From: Candidatus Geohabitans tengchongensis
GTDB taxonomy: Bacteria > Sysuimicrobiota > Sysuimicrobiia > Sysuimicrobiales > Humicultoraceae
Assembly (NCBI GenBank): GCA_031459625.1
Contig: JAVKIH010000011.1
Coordinates: 6,817-70,816, forward strand
Length of the DNA stretch: 64,000 nt
Reading direction: 5' to 3'
The position numbers and the translations under genes were made by a program. Numbering within the stretch: position 1 is the first letter of the stretch; every line of letters begins with the position of its first letter. Positions 28,496 through 38,394 of this stretch are shown piece by piece. Under the pieces are notes generated by a model, which was not told the DNA's origin, did not search any database, and was given only the letters and a program-made list of their open reading frames with translations.

Positions 28496-29493
28496 TGCCG
28501 CGGCCGGCCTTCCTGGTCACGATCGACACCGAGGCCGACGACCTCTGGGCCCGGCCGCGGCACCTCACGACGCGCAACACGGCGGCGCTGCCGCGCTTCC
28601 AGGCGCTCTGTGAGCGCTACGGGATCCGCCCGACCTACCTGGCGACCTACGAGGTGGCTGTGGACCCGGTCTTCCGCGACTTCGGGCTCGACCTGCTGCG
28701 CCGCGGGGCAGGGGAGATCGGCATGCACCTCCACGCCTGGACCACTCCGCCGATCGTCCCGCTGACGGACGACGACCTGACCGCGCAGCCGTACTTGATC
28801 GAGCACGACACCGAGGTCATGCGGCTGAAGATCGGCACGCTGACCCGGCTGCTCGAAGAGACATTCGGCCGCCGCCCCGTGAGCCACCGCGCCGGCCGCT
28901 GGGCTCTGGACGCCCGCTATGCCCGTCTCCTGGTGGAGTTCGGCTACCGGGTCGACGCCACGGTCACGCCCCACGTCTCCTGGCAGGACCACCGGGGGGC
29001 TCACGGGGGCGGGCCAGATTACCGGGGCTTCCTCTCGACGCCGTACTTCGTCGACCTCGAGGACATCCGCCGGCCCGGGGCCTCGCCGCTCCTCGAAGTC
29101 CCGGTGACCGTGCTCCCGCGCTCACGCCCGCGCCCGGCGGCCCTGGAGCGGCTTTTCGCCCGCAGCCGTACGGGCCGCCGCCTGCTGGACCGGTACCTGC
29201 CTGCGGTCTGGTGGCTGCGCCCCAACGGACGGAACGGGGGGCGGCTGCTCGAGATCGTCCAGCGGGGCATCGACCGCGGCGTGGCGCACCTGACGATGGT
29301 CCTGCACTCCTCGGAACTGGCGGTCGGCCAGAGCCGGGTGTCGCGCACCCGCAAGGCCCTGGAAGACCTCTACCGCGACCTGGAGCGCCTCTTCGCCGCA
29401 GCATCCCGGTCTTGCTGGCCGGCCACGCTGGCGGAATTCTCCGCCGCCTGGGCGGGGCGGATGGCGCCGGTCGGCGCGGCCGCAGTGGGATGA
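28495..29493 (+). CDS. polysaccharide deacetylase-fold protein (WalW-like, glycoside hydrolase/deacetylase beta/alpha-barrel superfamily)
   Basis: N-terminal FLVTIDTEADDLW, GEIGMHLHAW and HRAGRWAL resemble the divergent deacetylase-like family common in EPS loci. TAATG overlap with the upstream gene. Confidence 0.6.
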   Translation: MPRPAFLVTIDTEADDLWARPRHLTTRNTAALPRFQALCERYGIRPTYLATYEVAVDPVFRDFGLDLLRRGAGEIGMHLHAWTTPPIVPLTDDDLTAQPYLIEHDTEVMRLKIGTLTRLLEETFGRRPVSHRAGRWALDARYARLLVEFGYRVDATVTPHVSWQDHRGAHGGGPDYRGFLSTPYFVDLEDIRRPGASPLLEVPVTVLPRSRPRPAALERLFARSRTGRRLLDRYLPAVWWLRPNGRNGGRLLEIVQRGIDRGVAHLTMVLHSSELAVGQSRVSRTRKALEDLYRDLERLFAAASRSCWPATLAEFSAAWAGRMAPVGAAAVG

Positions 29494-30554
29494 GTACCGG
29501 GTTCGCCCTGCGTGCCTACCAGCCCGGGGATGAGGCGGCGGTCCTGGCGCTGCTCCGGCAGGTCCTGGGCGAGGGCGGCCGGGCATTCGAGCGCACGGAG
29601 GCCTTCTGGCACTGGAAGCACGAGGCCAACGTCTTCGGCCGGTCCATCCTCATGCTCGCCACACAGGACGAAGTCGTCGGGGTGCGGGCCTTCATGCGGT
29701 GGCGCTTCCGGTCGGCCCACGGCCCGCTCGGCGCCGTGCGCGCCGTGGACACGGCCACCCACCCGCGGGCGCGCCGTCGGGGCGTCTTCTCCACCCTGAC
29801 GCGCGCCGCCGTGGCGCAGGCGGAAGCGGCGGGGGTGGACCTGATCTTCAACACTCCCAACCGCCTTAGCCTCCCCGGGTACCTGAAGCTCGGCTGGACG
29901 CGGGTAGGGCGTCCCCTCTTGCTCGTCCGGCTCGTCCGCCCCCTGCGCGTGCTCGCCGCAGTACGCGCCCGCCGGACCCCGGCCCGGCCGCATGCCTACA
30001 CCCCCGGGCACGAGGTCGTCGGCCGGAACGGCGCCACCCCGGACGCGCCCGGCGACCTGCCGCAGGTGCGCGAGTGGCTGCAGGCCTTCGACGTCGAGAG
30101 GCTGCTGGCCGAGGCAGACCGCCTGGAGGGGGAGGGGATCCGCACCGACCGGTCCGTCGCCTGGCTGCGCTGGCGCTACGCGGAGGCGCCGACGCTTCCC
30201 TACCAGGCCGTCTGGACGACCGATCCGGGACCTGCGGTGCTCGTGGTGCGGATGGGCGCGCGGGGAGGCCTGCGGGAAGCGATGCTGAGCGAGGTCCTGG
30301 CCTCGCCGCGCGGGGTCTCCGCGCTGGGGAAGCTGGTGCGCTGGGTGGTGGCGGCGGCCGCGCCAGACTACCTGGTGGCGCACGCACCCTGGGGCTCCGT
30401 GCGCTGCCGTGCACTGCTGCGCGCCGGGTTCGTGCCGCTGCCGTGGGTCGGTCCCGTCCTCACGGTGCGGCCGCTCAGCGCCACGGCGCGGGCCGCCGGG
30501 CTCAACCGACCCGGCGCCTGGCAGCTCTCCCTGGGAGACCTGGAGATCTTTTGA
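29490..30554 (+). CDS. GNAT family N-acetyltransferase with C-terminal extension
   Basis: The acetyl-CoA binding core is VDTATHPRARRRGVFSTLTRAAV (Q/RxxGxG/A-like). 355 aa. ATGA overlap with the upstream gene. Confidence 0.7.
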   Translation: MSTGFALRAYQPGDEAAVLALLRQVLGEGGRAFERTEAFWHWKHEANVFGRSILMLATQDEVVGVRAFMRWRFRSAHGPLGAVRAVDTATHPRARRRGVFSTLTRAAVAQAEAAGVDLIFNTPNRLSLPGYLKLGWTRVGRPLLLVRLVRPLRVLAAVRARRTPARPHAYTPGHEVVGRNGATPDAPGDLPQVREWLQAFDVERLLAEADRLEGEGIRTDRSVAWLRWRYAEAPTLPYQAVWTTDPGPAVLVVRMGARGGLREAMLSEVLASPRGVSALGKLVRWVVAAAAPDYLVAHAPWGSVRCRALLRAGFVPLPWVGPVLTVRPLSATARAAGLNRPGAWQLSLGDLEIF

Positions 30555-30582
30555 GGCCTACAGCCGGCCGAGGAGGGTGCTC

Positions 30583-31923
30583 ATGAGCTCCGTCGTCTTC
30601 TCCCGCTCCACGGTGCGCACGGTCCTGGCACTGCCGCTCTTCGCGGCCGCGGCGCTGGGGGTAGGGCTGCTGCTGGGGTCCAAGGACCTGGAGGCCACGC
30701 GCGCCGCCACCATCCTCACCGTGCTGGTGGCGACCTCCCTCGTCCTCTTCACCCGTGTGGCGTCCCGGGACCCGCTGGGACGGGCGCTCCTGGTCGTGCT
30801 GTGGCTGAGCTTCGCGCTGAAGCTGGGGGCGATGACCTACCGCTTCCTGGGCGGCCTGCTGGCCGATGCCTTCGCCTACAACAACGCCGGCCAGCGGATC
30901 GCCGAAGAGCTGGCCCGCGGAGAGTGGCCGCAGCTGGGCGAGTACGGGACGGCCTACATCCGGCTCCTGGCCGGCCTGGTCTACTACGCCTTCGGCGTGA
31001 GCTTCTCCGGCATCTCCATCCTCTGGACCTGGCTCGGCATGGTGGGGCTGCTCTTCTTCTACCTGGCGTTCCGCATGGCGTTCCCGCTCGGGCACCACCG
31101 GCTGTACATGCTGCTGATCTTCCTCTTCCCGTCGATGCTGCTCTGGACCAGCAGCCTGGGGAAAGACGCCCTCATGGTCCTCTTCCTCGGCATGGCGGCA
31201 TACGGTGCCGCCCGCCTGCGCCACGGTCTCGGCCTCCCGGCGGTCGGATGGCTGGCGCTGGGCCTGTTGGGCATGCTGCCGATCCGCCCGCACCTCGCGG
31301 CTGTCTTCGCGGTGGCGCTGGCGGCCTCATCCCTCATCCTGCCCATCCGGGCGGGGCTCCTCACCCCGATCCTCCGGGTGGCCGGGATCGGCGTGGTGGC
31401 GGCGGTCTCGGTGTTGATCGTGAGCACGGCCCGCGGGTACGTGGGGCTGGAGGAGCTGGGGACGGAGGAGGTCTTCGCCTTCATCGAGCGGCAGCAGGAG
31501 TTCACCGCCAGATTCGGCGAGTCGGGGTTCCAGCAGGTGAACCCCCGCTCGCCGGTGGGGGTCGCCCTGGCCATCCCCACAGTGCTCTTCCGGCCCTTCC
31601 CCTGGGAGGCGCACAACGCCAACGCCCGCCTGGCGGCCGCGGAAGGCTTCGCGCTGCTGCTCCTGACCCTCTACCGCCTGCGGAGCGTCCGGGCCGCGCT
31701 GGGGGCGGTCTTCCGCCACAGCTACGTGCTTATGGTTGTCGTCTACGCCCTGCTCTTCATCTTCTTCTTCACGGCCATCGGCAACTTCGGGATCATCGCC
31801 CGGCAACGGGCGCAGCTCTTCCCGTTCTTCTTCATGCTCCTGGCCTACCTGCCCCCGACGCCGCGTCGCCCGGCGGCAGCCCGCCTCCAGCACCGGCCGC
31901 CCGCGACCAGGACTGCGCCATGA
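30583..31923 (+). CDS. polytopic membrane protein, putative repeat-unit polymerase (Wzy-like)
   Basis: 447 aa with roughly 10 hydrophobic segments and no recognised enzymatic motif. It sits immediately upstream of the Wzx flippase gene in a Wzx/Wzy-type locus. Confidence 0.45.
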   Translation: MSSVVFSRSTVRTVLALPLFAAAALGVGLLLGSKDLEATRAATILTVLVATSLVLFTRVASRDPLGRALLVVLWLSFALKLGAMTYRFLGGLLADAFAYNNAGQRIAEELARGEWPQLGEYGTAYIRLLAGLVYYAFGVSFSGISILWTWLGMVGLLFFYLAFRMAFPLGHHRLYMLLIFLFPSMLLWTSSLGKDALMVLFLGMAAYGAARLRHGLGLPAVGWLALGLLGMLPIRPHLAAVFAVALAASSLILPIRAGLLTPILRVAGIGVVAAVSVLIVSTARGYVGLEELGTEEVFAFIERQQEFTARFGESGFQQVNPRSPVGVALAIPTVLFRPFPWEAHNANARLAAAEGFALLLLTLYRLRSVRAALGAVFRHSYVLMVVVYALLFIFFFTAIGNFGIIARQRAQLFPFFFMLLAYLPPTPRRPAAARLQHRPPATRTAP

Positions 31924-33437
31924 GGGTTCCTGCACCTGCAGCGGGACCGCGCCGTGTGGATATCGCGGCGGTGCGGGGGGCGGGATGGCTGGCCATCGAC
32001 CAGCTGGGCAGCCGCGTCGTCGACCTGGCGGCGTCCGTGGTCCTGGCCCGCCTCCTCTTCCCGGACGACTACGGGCTGCTGGCCATGGCCGCCACCTCCA
32101 CCGCCTTCTTCCGGATCTTCGCCAACCTGGGGCTGGGGGCGGCCATCGTGCAGCGTCGGGAGGTGGACGACGAGTACCTCTCCACGGCGTTCTGGGCCAA
32201 CCTGGCGTCCGGGGCGCTCCTCACCGCCCTCGTGGCCCTCTCGGGGGAGCTCCTGGGGGCCCTGCTGCGCGAGCCGCGCGTGGGCCTCGTCATCCTCTTC
32301 CTGTCGTTCCGCTTCGTGATCGCCGCGGGATCCGCGACGCAGGTGGCGATGATCACCCGCCGCATGGACTTCCGGGCGCTCAGCCTGCGGTCCATCGCCG
32401 CCTCGGTCGTGGCCGGGCTGGCCGGTGTGTTGCTGGCGTGGCACCACCTAGGCGTGTGGGCACTGGTCGGGCGGGAGATCGCCCGGACCGTCACCAGCAC
32501 CCTCCTGCTCTACCGGGCGACGGGCTGGGCACCGCGGTTGCGCTTCTCGTGGGCCAAGTTCCTGGACCTGTGGTCGTTTGGCGGGCCGCTGCTGCTGTCG
32601 CGCCTCTTTCGCTACCTCACCGGCAACATGGACAACATCCTGATCGGCCGCTACCTGGGCTCGGCCGCGCTGGGGCTGTACGCGTTTGCCTACACCATGT
32701 TCGCCATCCCTCTCAACGACTTCAGCGCGGTCGCGCACCGTGTGCTCTTCGCGGCGCTCTCCCGACTCCACACCGACGGAGAGCGGTTCAAGCGCGGCTT
32801 CCTGCTGGCGACCCGCTACGTGACGATGGTGCAGGTGCCCGTCATGACCGGACTGGCCCTCGTCGCGCCGGTGGCCATCCAGGTGGTCTTCGGGCGGCGC
32901 TGGGCGCCGGCTGCACCGGTGGTCACCGTGCTGGCGCTCACCAGCATCGTGGGGATGATGACGGCCATCGCGCCGAGCGGCCTCCAGGCGGGCGGGCGGG
33001 CCGACCTGCAGCTGCGCCGGAGCTTCCTGGGGGTGCTGCTCTACCTGCCCGCATTCGCCCTGGGGTTGCGCTGGGGCATCCTGGGCGTGGCGATCGGGTC
33101 GCTCGCGGCCGGCCTGGTCCTCCTCCCCGTGGACCTGCGCTACGTCCACGAAACCACAGGGGCCACCGCGCGCGAGCTGCTCGATGCCAGCATGCCCGGC
33201 CTGGCGGCGTCCCTCATCATGGCCGTCATCGTGCTGGCGGGACGCTGGCTGCTGGCCGGACACGGCCTGCCGGGCGTCGTGGTCCTGGCGGTGCTGATCG
33301 GGGCCGGCGCCCTGGCCTACGGCGCCGCGCTGTGGGTCTTCCACCGGGATGCCGTGCGGAGCCTGGCCGCCGTGCTGCGGGACGCCCTGCCGCCGGTGGC
33401 CGGCCGGATCCTCGGCTCCATCGTGCCCGCATCGTGA
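31920..33437 (+). CDS. Wzx-type flippase (polysaccharide biosynthesis protein, MOP/PST family)
   Basis: LGSRVVDLAASVVLARLLFPDDYGLLAMA...IFANLGLGAAIVQ is the typical PST N-terminus. About 12-14 TM segments. ATGA overlap with the upstream gene. Confidence 0.8.
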   Translation: MRVPAPAAGPRRVDIAAVRGAGWLAIDQLGSRVVDLAASVVLARLLFPDDYGLLAMAATSTAFFRIFANLGLGAAIVQRREVDDEYLSTAFWANLASGALLTALVALSGELLGALLREPRVGLVILFLSFRFVIAAGSATQVAMITRRMDFRALSLRSIAASVVAGLAGVLLAWHHLGVWALVGREIARTVTSTLLLYRATGWAPRLRFSWAKFLDLWSFGGPLLLSRLFRYLTGNMDNILIGRYLGSAALGLYAFAYTMFAIPLNDFSAVAHRVLFAALSRLHTDGERFKRGFLLATRYVTMVQVPVMTGLALVAPVAIQVVFGRRWAPAAPVVTVLALTSIVGMMTAIAPSGLQAGGRADLQLRRSFLGVLLYLPAFALGLRWGILGVAIGSLAAGLVLLPVDLRYVHETTGATARELLDASMPGLAASLIMAVIVLAGRWLLAGHGLPGVVVLAVLIGAGALAYGAALWVFHRDAVRSLAAVLRDALPPVAGRILGSIVPAS

Positions 33438-34273
33438 ACCTGACCCTCAGTGCCGTCAAGCTCGCCGTGTTGCCCTACGGCCTGGCGTTCGGCGAACGGC
33501 GACCGGGGATCGTCATCCTGGTCTACCACCGGGTGGGCGGGGGGACGCGACGGGAGATCGACCTCCCCGTCGAGACCTTTGCGCGTCAGGTGGCCTACCT
33601 GGCGGCCCGCTGCCGTGTGGTCAGCCTGGAGGAGGCCCTGGCACTGGGACGCAACGGCGCCACCCCGCCGGGCGACGTCCTCGTGCTGACCTTCGACGAC
33701 GGCTACCGGGAGACGTACGACCACGTCTTCCCGATCCTGCACCGGTACCGCCTCCCGGCCACGGTCTACGTGGCGACGGCGTACGTCGAGCAGGGACGAC
33801 CCTTCGACTTCGGCGTGCAGCGCTGGGCGGACGCGCCGGGACGCCCGCTGACCTGGTCGCAGCTCCGTGAGATGACATCCTCGGGGCTCATCACCGTCGG
33901 CTCTCACACCCACACCCATGCCGACCTGTCGGTGGTGCCCCTGCCGGCGGTCCGCGAGGAACTGCGGCGCAGCCAGGAGCTGATCGAGGAGCGGCTGGGA
34001 CAGCCGGTCAGGCATTTCGCCTATCCCTGGGGACGGTGGCGCCCCGAGGTCCGGGGGGTGGTGGGCGAGCGGTTCCAGAGCGCCGTCCGCGGGGGGTGTG
34101 GCAAGAACCCCTATGGAGCCCTGGACCCGCTGGCTCTCTGGCGCCAGCCCGTCCAACGCAGTGACGGGCTCTGGTTCTTCCGCGCGCGGCTCCGGTCGTA
34201 CCTGGATGGCGAGGAGGTCTTCCGCTCCCGGTTGGCGGCCCTCCGCGCGGCCCCCCCGACCCTCGATGGCTAA
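33434..34273 (+). CDS. polysaccharide deacetylase (CE4/NodB domain)
   Basis: VLTFDDGYRETYDHVFPIL (motif 1), VGSHTHTHADL (motif 2), FAYPWG. GTGA overlap with wzx. Confidence 0.85.
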   Translation: MNLTLSAVKLAVLPYGLAFGERRPGIVILVYHRVGGGTRREIDLPVETFARQVAYLAARCRVVSLEEALALGRNGATPPGDVLVLTFDDGYRETYDHVFPILHRYRLPATVYVATAYVEQGRPFDFGVQRWADAPGRPLTWSQLREMTSSGLITVGSHTHTHADLSVVPLPAVREELRRSQELIEERLGQPVRHFAYPWGRWRPEVRGVVGERFQSAVRGGCGKNPYGALDPLALWRQPVQRSDGLWFFRARLRSYLDGEEVFRSRLAALRAAPPTLDG

Positions 34274-35423
34274 GCCCGTCACGGTCCTGCATCTCATCGA
34301 GGGGCTGGGCACCGGTGGGTCGGAGCAGCACCTGGCCCACCTGGTGCTCCGGTCCGACAGGAGACGCTTCCGCCACCACGTCTGCGGGCTGGGCACGGCG
34401 GGTCGGTTCGCGCAGACCCTGGAGGCGGCAGGCATCCCGGTGTACACCCTGGGGTATCCTGCGGAACGCGACTTCCTGCGTCCGCTCGTGCCGCTTCGCC
34501 GTCTGGTGCAGCGCGTCTACCCCGACGTGCTCCACGCCTGCCTGTACCGGCCCGGCGTCCTGGCCCGCCTGATCGGCCGCTGGAGTGGCCTGCCGGTGGT
34601 GACGACCCTGGTGAACACGGCCTACGAGCCGGAGTGGCGGCTGGACAACCCCCGGCTCTCGCCCCTCAAGGTCTCCCTGGCCCGGACGCTGGATGCGGCC
34701 ACCGCCCGGTGGCGCGGCGCCTGGTTCGTGGCGGTGAGCGAGACGGTGCGCGACTCGGCGGTGCGCCAGCTGGGGATTCCAGCCGGGCGGGTTCGGGTCA
34801 TTCGCCGTCCGCTGCTGCTGAGCCCCAACGGCCAGCGCCCTTCCGCCCAAGCGGTGCGCGCGGCGCTGGGGCTTCCGGACGCCGACCCGCTGCTGCTCAA
34901 CGTCGGCCGCCTGGTGCCCCAGAAGGGACAGCAGTACGCCGTGCGCGCCATGCCGGGCATCCTGGCGTCCCGCCCGGGAGCCCACCTGGTGATCGTGGGC
35001 GAGGGGCCGCTGCGGCCCTCCCTGACCGCGCTGGCCGAGGCGCTGGGAGTGGCGGATCATGTCACGTTGCTGGGCGAACGGCACGACGTGCCCGACCTGC
35101 TGGCCGCCGCCGACTGCTTCCTCTTCCCCTCGCTCTTCGAGGGTGCGGCCAATGCGCTGATGGAGGCGCTGGCGGCAGGGACGCCGGTGGTGGCTTCGGA
35201 CATCCCGTCGCTGCGGGAGCTCACCGACGACGGCCGCGTGGCGGCGTTGGTCCCGCTGCGCGCGCCGGAGGCGCTGGCAGAGGCGGCCCTCGGCCTGCTG
35301 GCGGACGACGCGCGGCGACGCCGGCTCTGCGACGCTGGCCAAGCCTGGGTGCGTCGCTGGGGGGACGGCGACGCCGTCCTGGCCTGGGAGGAGTTCGTTG
35401 CTCACATCGCGGCCAGGGACTGA
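34266..35423 (+). CDS. glycosyltransferase family 4 (GT-B)
   Basis: VTVLHLIEGLGTGGSEQHL N-terminus, and FLFPSLFEGAANALMEALAAGTPVVASDIPSLRELT motif. Confidence 0.85.
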   Translation: MAKPVTVLHLIEGLGTGGSEQHLAHLVLRSDRRRFRHHVCGLGTAGRFAQTLEAAGIPVYTLGYPAERDFLRPLVPLRRLVQRVYPDVLHACLYRPGVLARLIGRWSGLPVVTTLVNTAYEPEWRLDNPRLSPLKVSLARTLDAATARWRGAWFVAVSETVRDSAVRQLGIPAGRVRVIRRPLLLSPNGQRPSAQAVRAALGLPDADPLLLNVGRLVPQKGQQYAVRAMPGILASRPGAHLVIVGEGPLRPSLTALAEALGVADHVTLLGERHDVPDLLAAADCFLFPSLFEGAANALMEALAAGTPVVASDIPSLRELTDDGRVAALVPLRAPEALAEAALGLLADDARRRRLCDAGQAWVRRWGDGDAVLAWEEFVAHIAARD

Positions 35424-36516
35424 CCGGAGTGCGAGGCGGAGCGCCCTGCCAGGGGAGCCCCTCCTGGACTTCGTCCAGTTTGGGACGTTCTCCGGCTCGG
35501 CGGTCTCCCTGCGCCGGGCGATGGCGCACCGGGTGCCGCTGGCCGTCCTGAACGTGCTCCCGCTGGCACGCGATGTCACGCTCCTGCCGGCCCGGCTCCG
35601 TGCCCTGGCCGAGGCGCGGCGGTCGGGTCGGGGAGTGTCCTGGGTGCGCACGCGGGCCTGGTCGGTGGCGGTGGAGCGCCGGTTGCGCCAGGCCGGCGTG
35701 GGGCGGGGACGCCCGGCGCTCTTCGTCCAGGCGATGACCCCGGTGATCCTCCCCGAGGGCGTCCGGTACGCCGTGTACACCGACCGGGTCGCACGGGAAG
35801 GGGCGGCCATGGGCGGTCATCTGGCCTCCCGCTTCTCCGCGGGATGGCTCGCCCGCGAGGAGAGCTTCCTGCGTAACGCCGCGCGCGTCTACACGATGGG
35901 GCCGACGACGGCCCAGTGGCTGCAGCGCGCCTATGGGATACCGCGCGATCGCATCCGCGTGGTGGGAGCGGGGCCCAACGCCCCCCTGACCGACCCCATC
36001 GCCTCGCGGACCTGCCGCCGACTGCTCTTCGTGGGTCTGGAGTGGGAACGGAAGGGCGGTCCGCAGCTGCTGGAAGCCTTCGCGCAGGTCCGTCGCTGCC
36101 ACCCGCACCTCGAGCTGCTGGTAGTGGGAGCGACGCCACGCGGTCCGCTGCCGCCCGGTGTGCGGGTGTGCGGTCGGACGGTCCACCGCGCCATGGACGA
36201 CTTCTACTCGCAGGCGGATGCCCTGGTGCTGCCCACGCACCGGGACGCAGTCCCGATCTGCCTGATCGAGGCGATGTGGAAGGCCCTGCCCTGCATCGTC
36301 ACCACGGTGGGCAACCAGCGCTGGATCGTGCAGGAGGCGGGGCTGGTGGTGGAGCCCGGCGACGTCCCCGGCCTGGTTGCCGCCCTCGACCGGCTGGTGC
36401 GAGAGTACCCGACGTTTGCCGCCCGGGCCGCCCGCCGGAGCGAGGTCGCGCGCCAGACCTTCCGCTGGGACCGGGTCGCCGACCAGATCCTCGGCGACCT
36501 CCTCCAGCCCGACTGA
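35398..36516 (+). CDS. glycosyltransferase (GT-B, GT4-like); paralog of 60489..61628
   Basis: LLFVGLEWERKGGPQLLEAF...LELLVVG and VLPTHRDAVPICLIEAMWKALPCIVT. Collinear along its whole length with the protein at 60489. TTG start. Confidence 0.75.
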   Translation: MLTSRPGTDRSARRSALPGEPLLDFVQFGTFSGSAVSLRRAMAHRVPLAVLNVLPLARDVTLLPARLRALAEARRSGRGVSWVRTRAWSVAVERRLRQAGVGRGRPALFVQAMTPVILPEGVRYAVYTDRVAREGAAMGGHLASRFSAGWLAREESFLRNAARVYTMGPTTAQWLQRAYGIPRDRIRVVGAGPNAPLTDPIASRTCRRLLFVGLEWERKGGPQLLEAFAQVRRCHPHLELLVVGATPRGPLPPGVRVCGRTVHRAMDDFYSQADALVLPTHRDAVPICLIEAMWKALPCIVTTVGNQRWIVQEAGLVVEPGDVPGLVAALDRLVREYPTFAARAARRSEVARQTFRWDRVADQILGDLLQPD

Positions 36517-36526
36517 TCCGGTGCCC

Positions 36527-37564
36527 ATGCTGCGACGTGCCGTCGAGAACCTGCTCGGCCGGATGCCGGTGTACCTCCTGCGGGTGGCGGACGGGCGCGA
36601 CGGCGTGCTGCGCGTCGTGGTCTATCACCGCCTCCTCGCCCCGGGGCAGCCCTTCGCCGGGGACCCGCACCTGCTCTCGGCCACAGTGGCGGAGTTCGAC
36701 CGCCAGATCGCCTACATGCGTCGCCACTACACCCCGGTGAGCGCCGCGCAGGTGGTGGCCGCCCTGGGGAAGGAGGCCTCCCTTCCGCGCGGCGCGGTGC
36801 TGGTCACTTTCGACGACGCCTACCGGGACGTCCTGACCCACGCCTGGCCGGTGCTGCAGCGTTACCGGGTCCCGGCGTTGCTCTTCGTCCCCACGGCCTT
36901 CCCGGGGACGGATCGGCTCTTCTGGTGGGACGAGGTGTACGAGGCGTTGCGGCAGACCGACCGGCCGCAGGTCCGTGTGACGAACCACGCCTTCGCCCTC
37001 GACACACCAGCCGCCCGTCACCGCGCTGCGCGGGCTCTCATCCGTCTGTGGCGGCCACTGGCGCCGGCCGCACTGGAGGACCGGCGGCAGGCCCTGCTCG
37101 AACAGGTCGGGCACCCGCGGATCGACCGAGCCGCGTGCGCAGTCCTCAGCTGGGCCGAGGTGGCGGCGCTGGCCACGGCGGGGGTGGCCATCGGGCTCCA
37201 CACCCGGACCCACCCGGCGCTGCCCGCCGTCGACCCGGCGACCCTGGAGGCGGAACTGGAGACGGGCGATGTCGACCTGCGCGCACACGTGCCCTCCGGA
37301 CGCGTGCCGTGCTTCGCCTTCCCCTACGGGTTCGTGGACGACCGTGCCAAACCGGTGCTCCGACGCCTGGGCTATGTGGCCGCCTTCACGACCCTGGCCG
37401 GCGTGAACCGGCTCGGTCGACGCGACCCCTACCGTCTCTGCCGTCACGCCGTGGGCATCGACCACCCGCGGGGGCGTCTGCCCCTCAACCTGACGGCGGC
37501 CTACGCCGGCCTCCGCGAACGGACCCAGACCCTGCGCCCGCGGACCCGGCCGACACTCCCGTGA
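36527..37564 (+). CDS. polysaccharide deacetylase (CE4/NodB domain)
   Basis: VLVTFDDAYRDVLTHAWPVL, IGLHTRTHPAL, FAFPYG. Confidence 0.85.
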   Translation: MLRRAVENLLGRMPVYLLRVADGRDGVLRVVVYHRLLAPGQPFAGDPHLLSATVAEFDRQIAYMRRHYTPVSAAQVVAALGKEASLPRGAVLVTFDDAYRDVLTHAWPVLQRYRVPALLFVPTAFPGTDRLFWWDEVYEALRQTDRPQVRVTNHAFALDTPAARHRAARALIRLWRPLAPAALEDRRQALLEQVGHPRIDRAACAVLSWAEVAALATAGVAIGLHTRTHPALPAVDPATLEAELETGDVDLRAHVPSGRVPCFAFPYGFVDDRAKPVLRRLGYVAAFTTLAGVNRLGRRDPYRLCRHAVGIDHPRGRLPLNLTAAYAGLRERTQTLRPRTRPTLP

Positions 37565-38394
37565 GCGATGCCCGGCACTTCCTGTTCACCGTGGACGCGG
37601 ACTGGGTCCCGGGTTCGGGCCCCGGCTTGCTGGCGCTGCTCGACCTCTGTCATGCCCTGGGGCTGCGGGCCACGATTTTCACGACGGGGATGTTCGCCCT
37701 GCACCACCCGGAGGCCATCGGCCGGGCCCACGCCGAGGGGCACGAGATCGGCGTCCACGGCTGGGAGCACCCGATGCCGGTCTTCATGGCCGAGAACTAC
37801 CGGTTCACGCCGGTGGACCGCCGCCGGACTTGGCTCCGGCAGGCCACGGATGCTGTGGCCGGAATCATCGGTGCTCTTCCGCGGGCCTTCCGGGCGCCGT
37901 ACCTGTGGATCGACGGCGCCACGTTGCACCTGCTGGAGGAGATCGGGTACGTGGTGGACTCGTCGGTCCCGACGCGCCGGTTCGACGGGCTCCTGGGAAT
38001 GATCAACCACCTCGACTACTTCCTCGCCCCGCTGGCGCCGTACCGGCCAGACCCGCACCGGCCCGGGCGCCGCGGCAGGGGGAGGGTGCTGGAGGTTCCT
38101 CCCTCGGCCTGGCTGCTGCCGCTCAACATGAGCACTGTCCGTTTCCTGGGATGGCGGGCAACCCTGGCCGTGGCCGACCTGATCGGGCGGGCGTCACCCG
38201 TCCTGAACTTCTACTGCCACCCCTGGGAGTTCGTGGCCTCCGACGCGCTGACGTTCCCCCCCGGCACGCCCGTGCGGCACACGCGTGCCACCGGACCTCA
38301 CCTGCTGCCCGGCGTTGCGGCCTTTGCGGATGGGGTCCTACGGAGAGGATACCGACCGGCAACGGTCGCTGAGGTGGCCCGGTGCGTCTCGTGA
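37561..38394 (+). CDS. polysaccharide deacetylase-like protein (divergent CE4)
   Basis: FTVDADW (motif 1 variant), IGVHGWEHP (motif 2), FRAPYL (motif 3). GTGA overlap with the upstream gene. Confidence 0.75.
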   Translation: MSDARHFLFTVDADWVPGSGPGLLALLDLCHALGLRATIFTTGMFALHHPEAIGRAHAEGHEIGVHGWEHPMPVFMAENYRFTPVDRRRTWLRQATDAVAGIIGALPRAFRAPYLWIDGATLHLLEEIGYVVDSSVPTRRFDGLLGMINHLDYFLAPLAPYRPDPHRPGRRGRGRVLEVPPSAWLLPLNMSTVRFLGWRATLAVADLIGRASPVLNFYCHPWEFVASDALTFPPGTPVRHTRATGPHLLPGVAAFADGVLRRGYRPATVAEVARCVS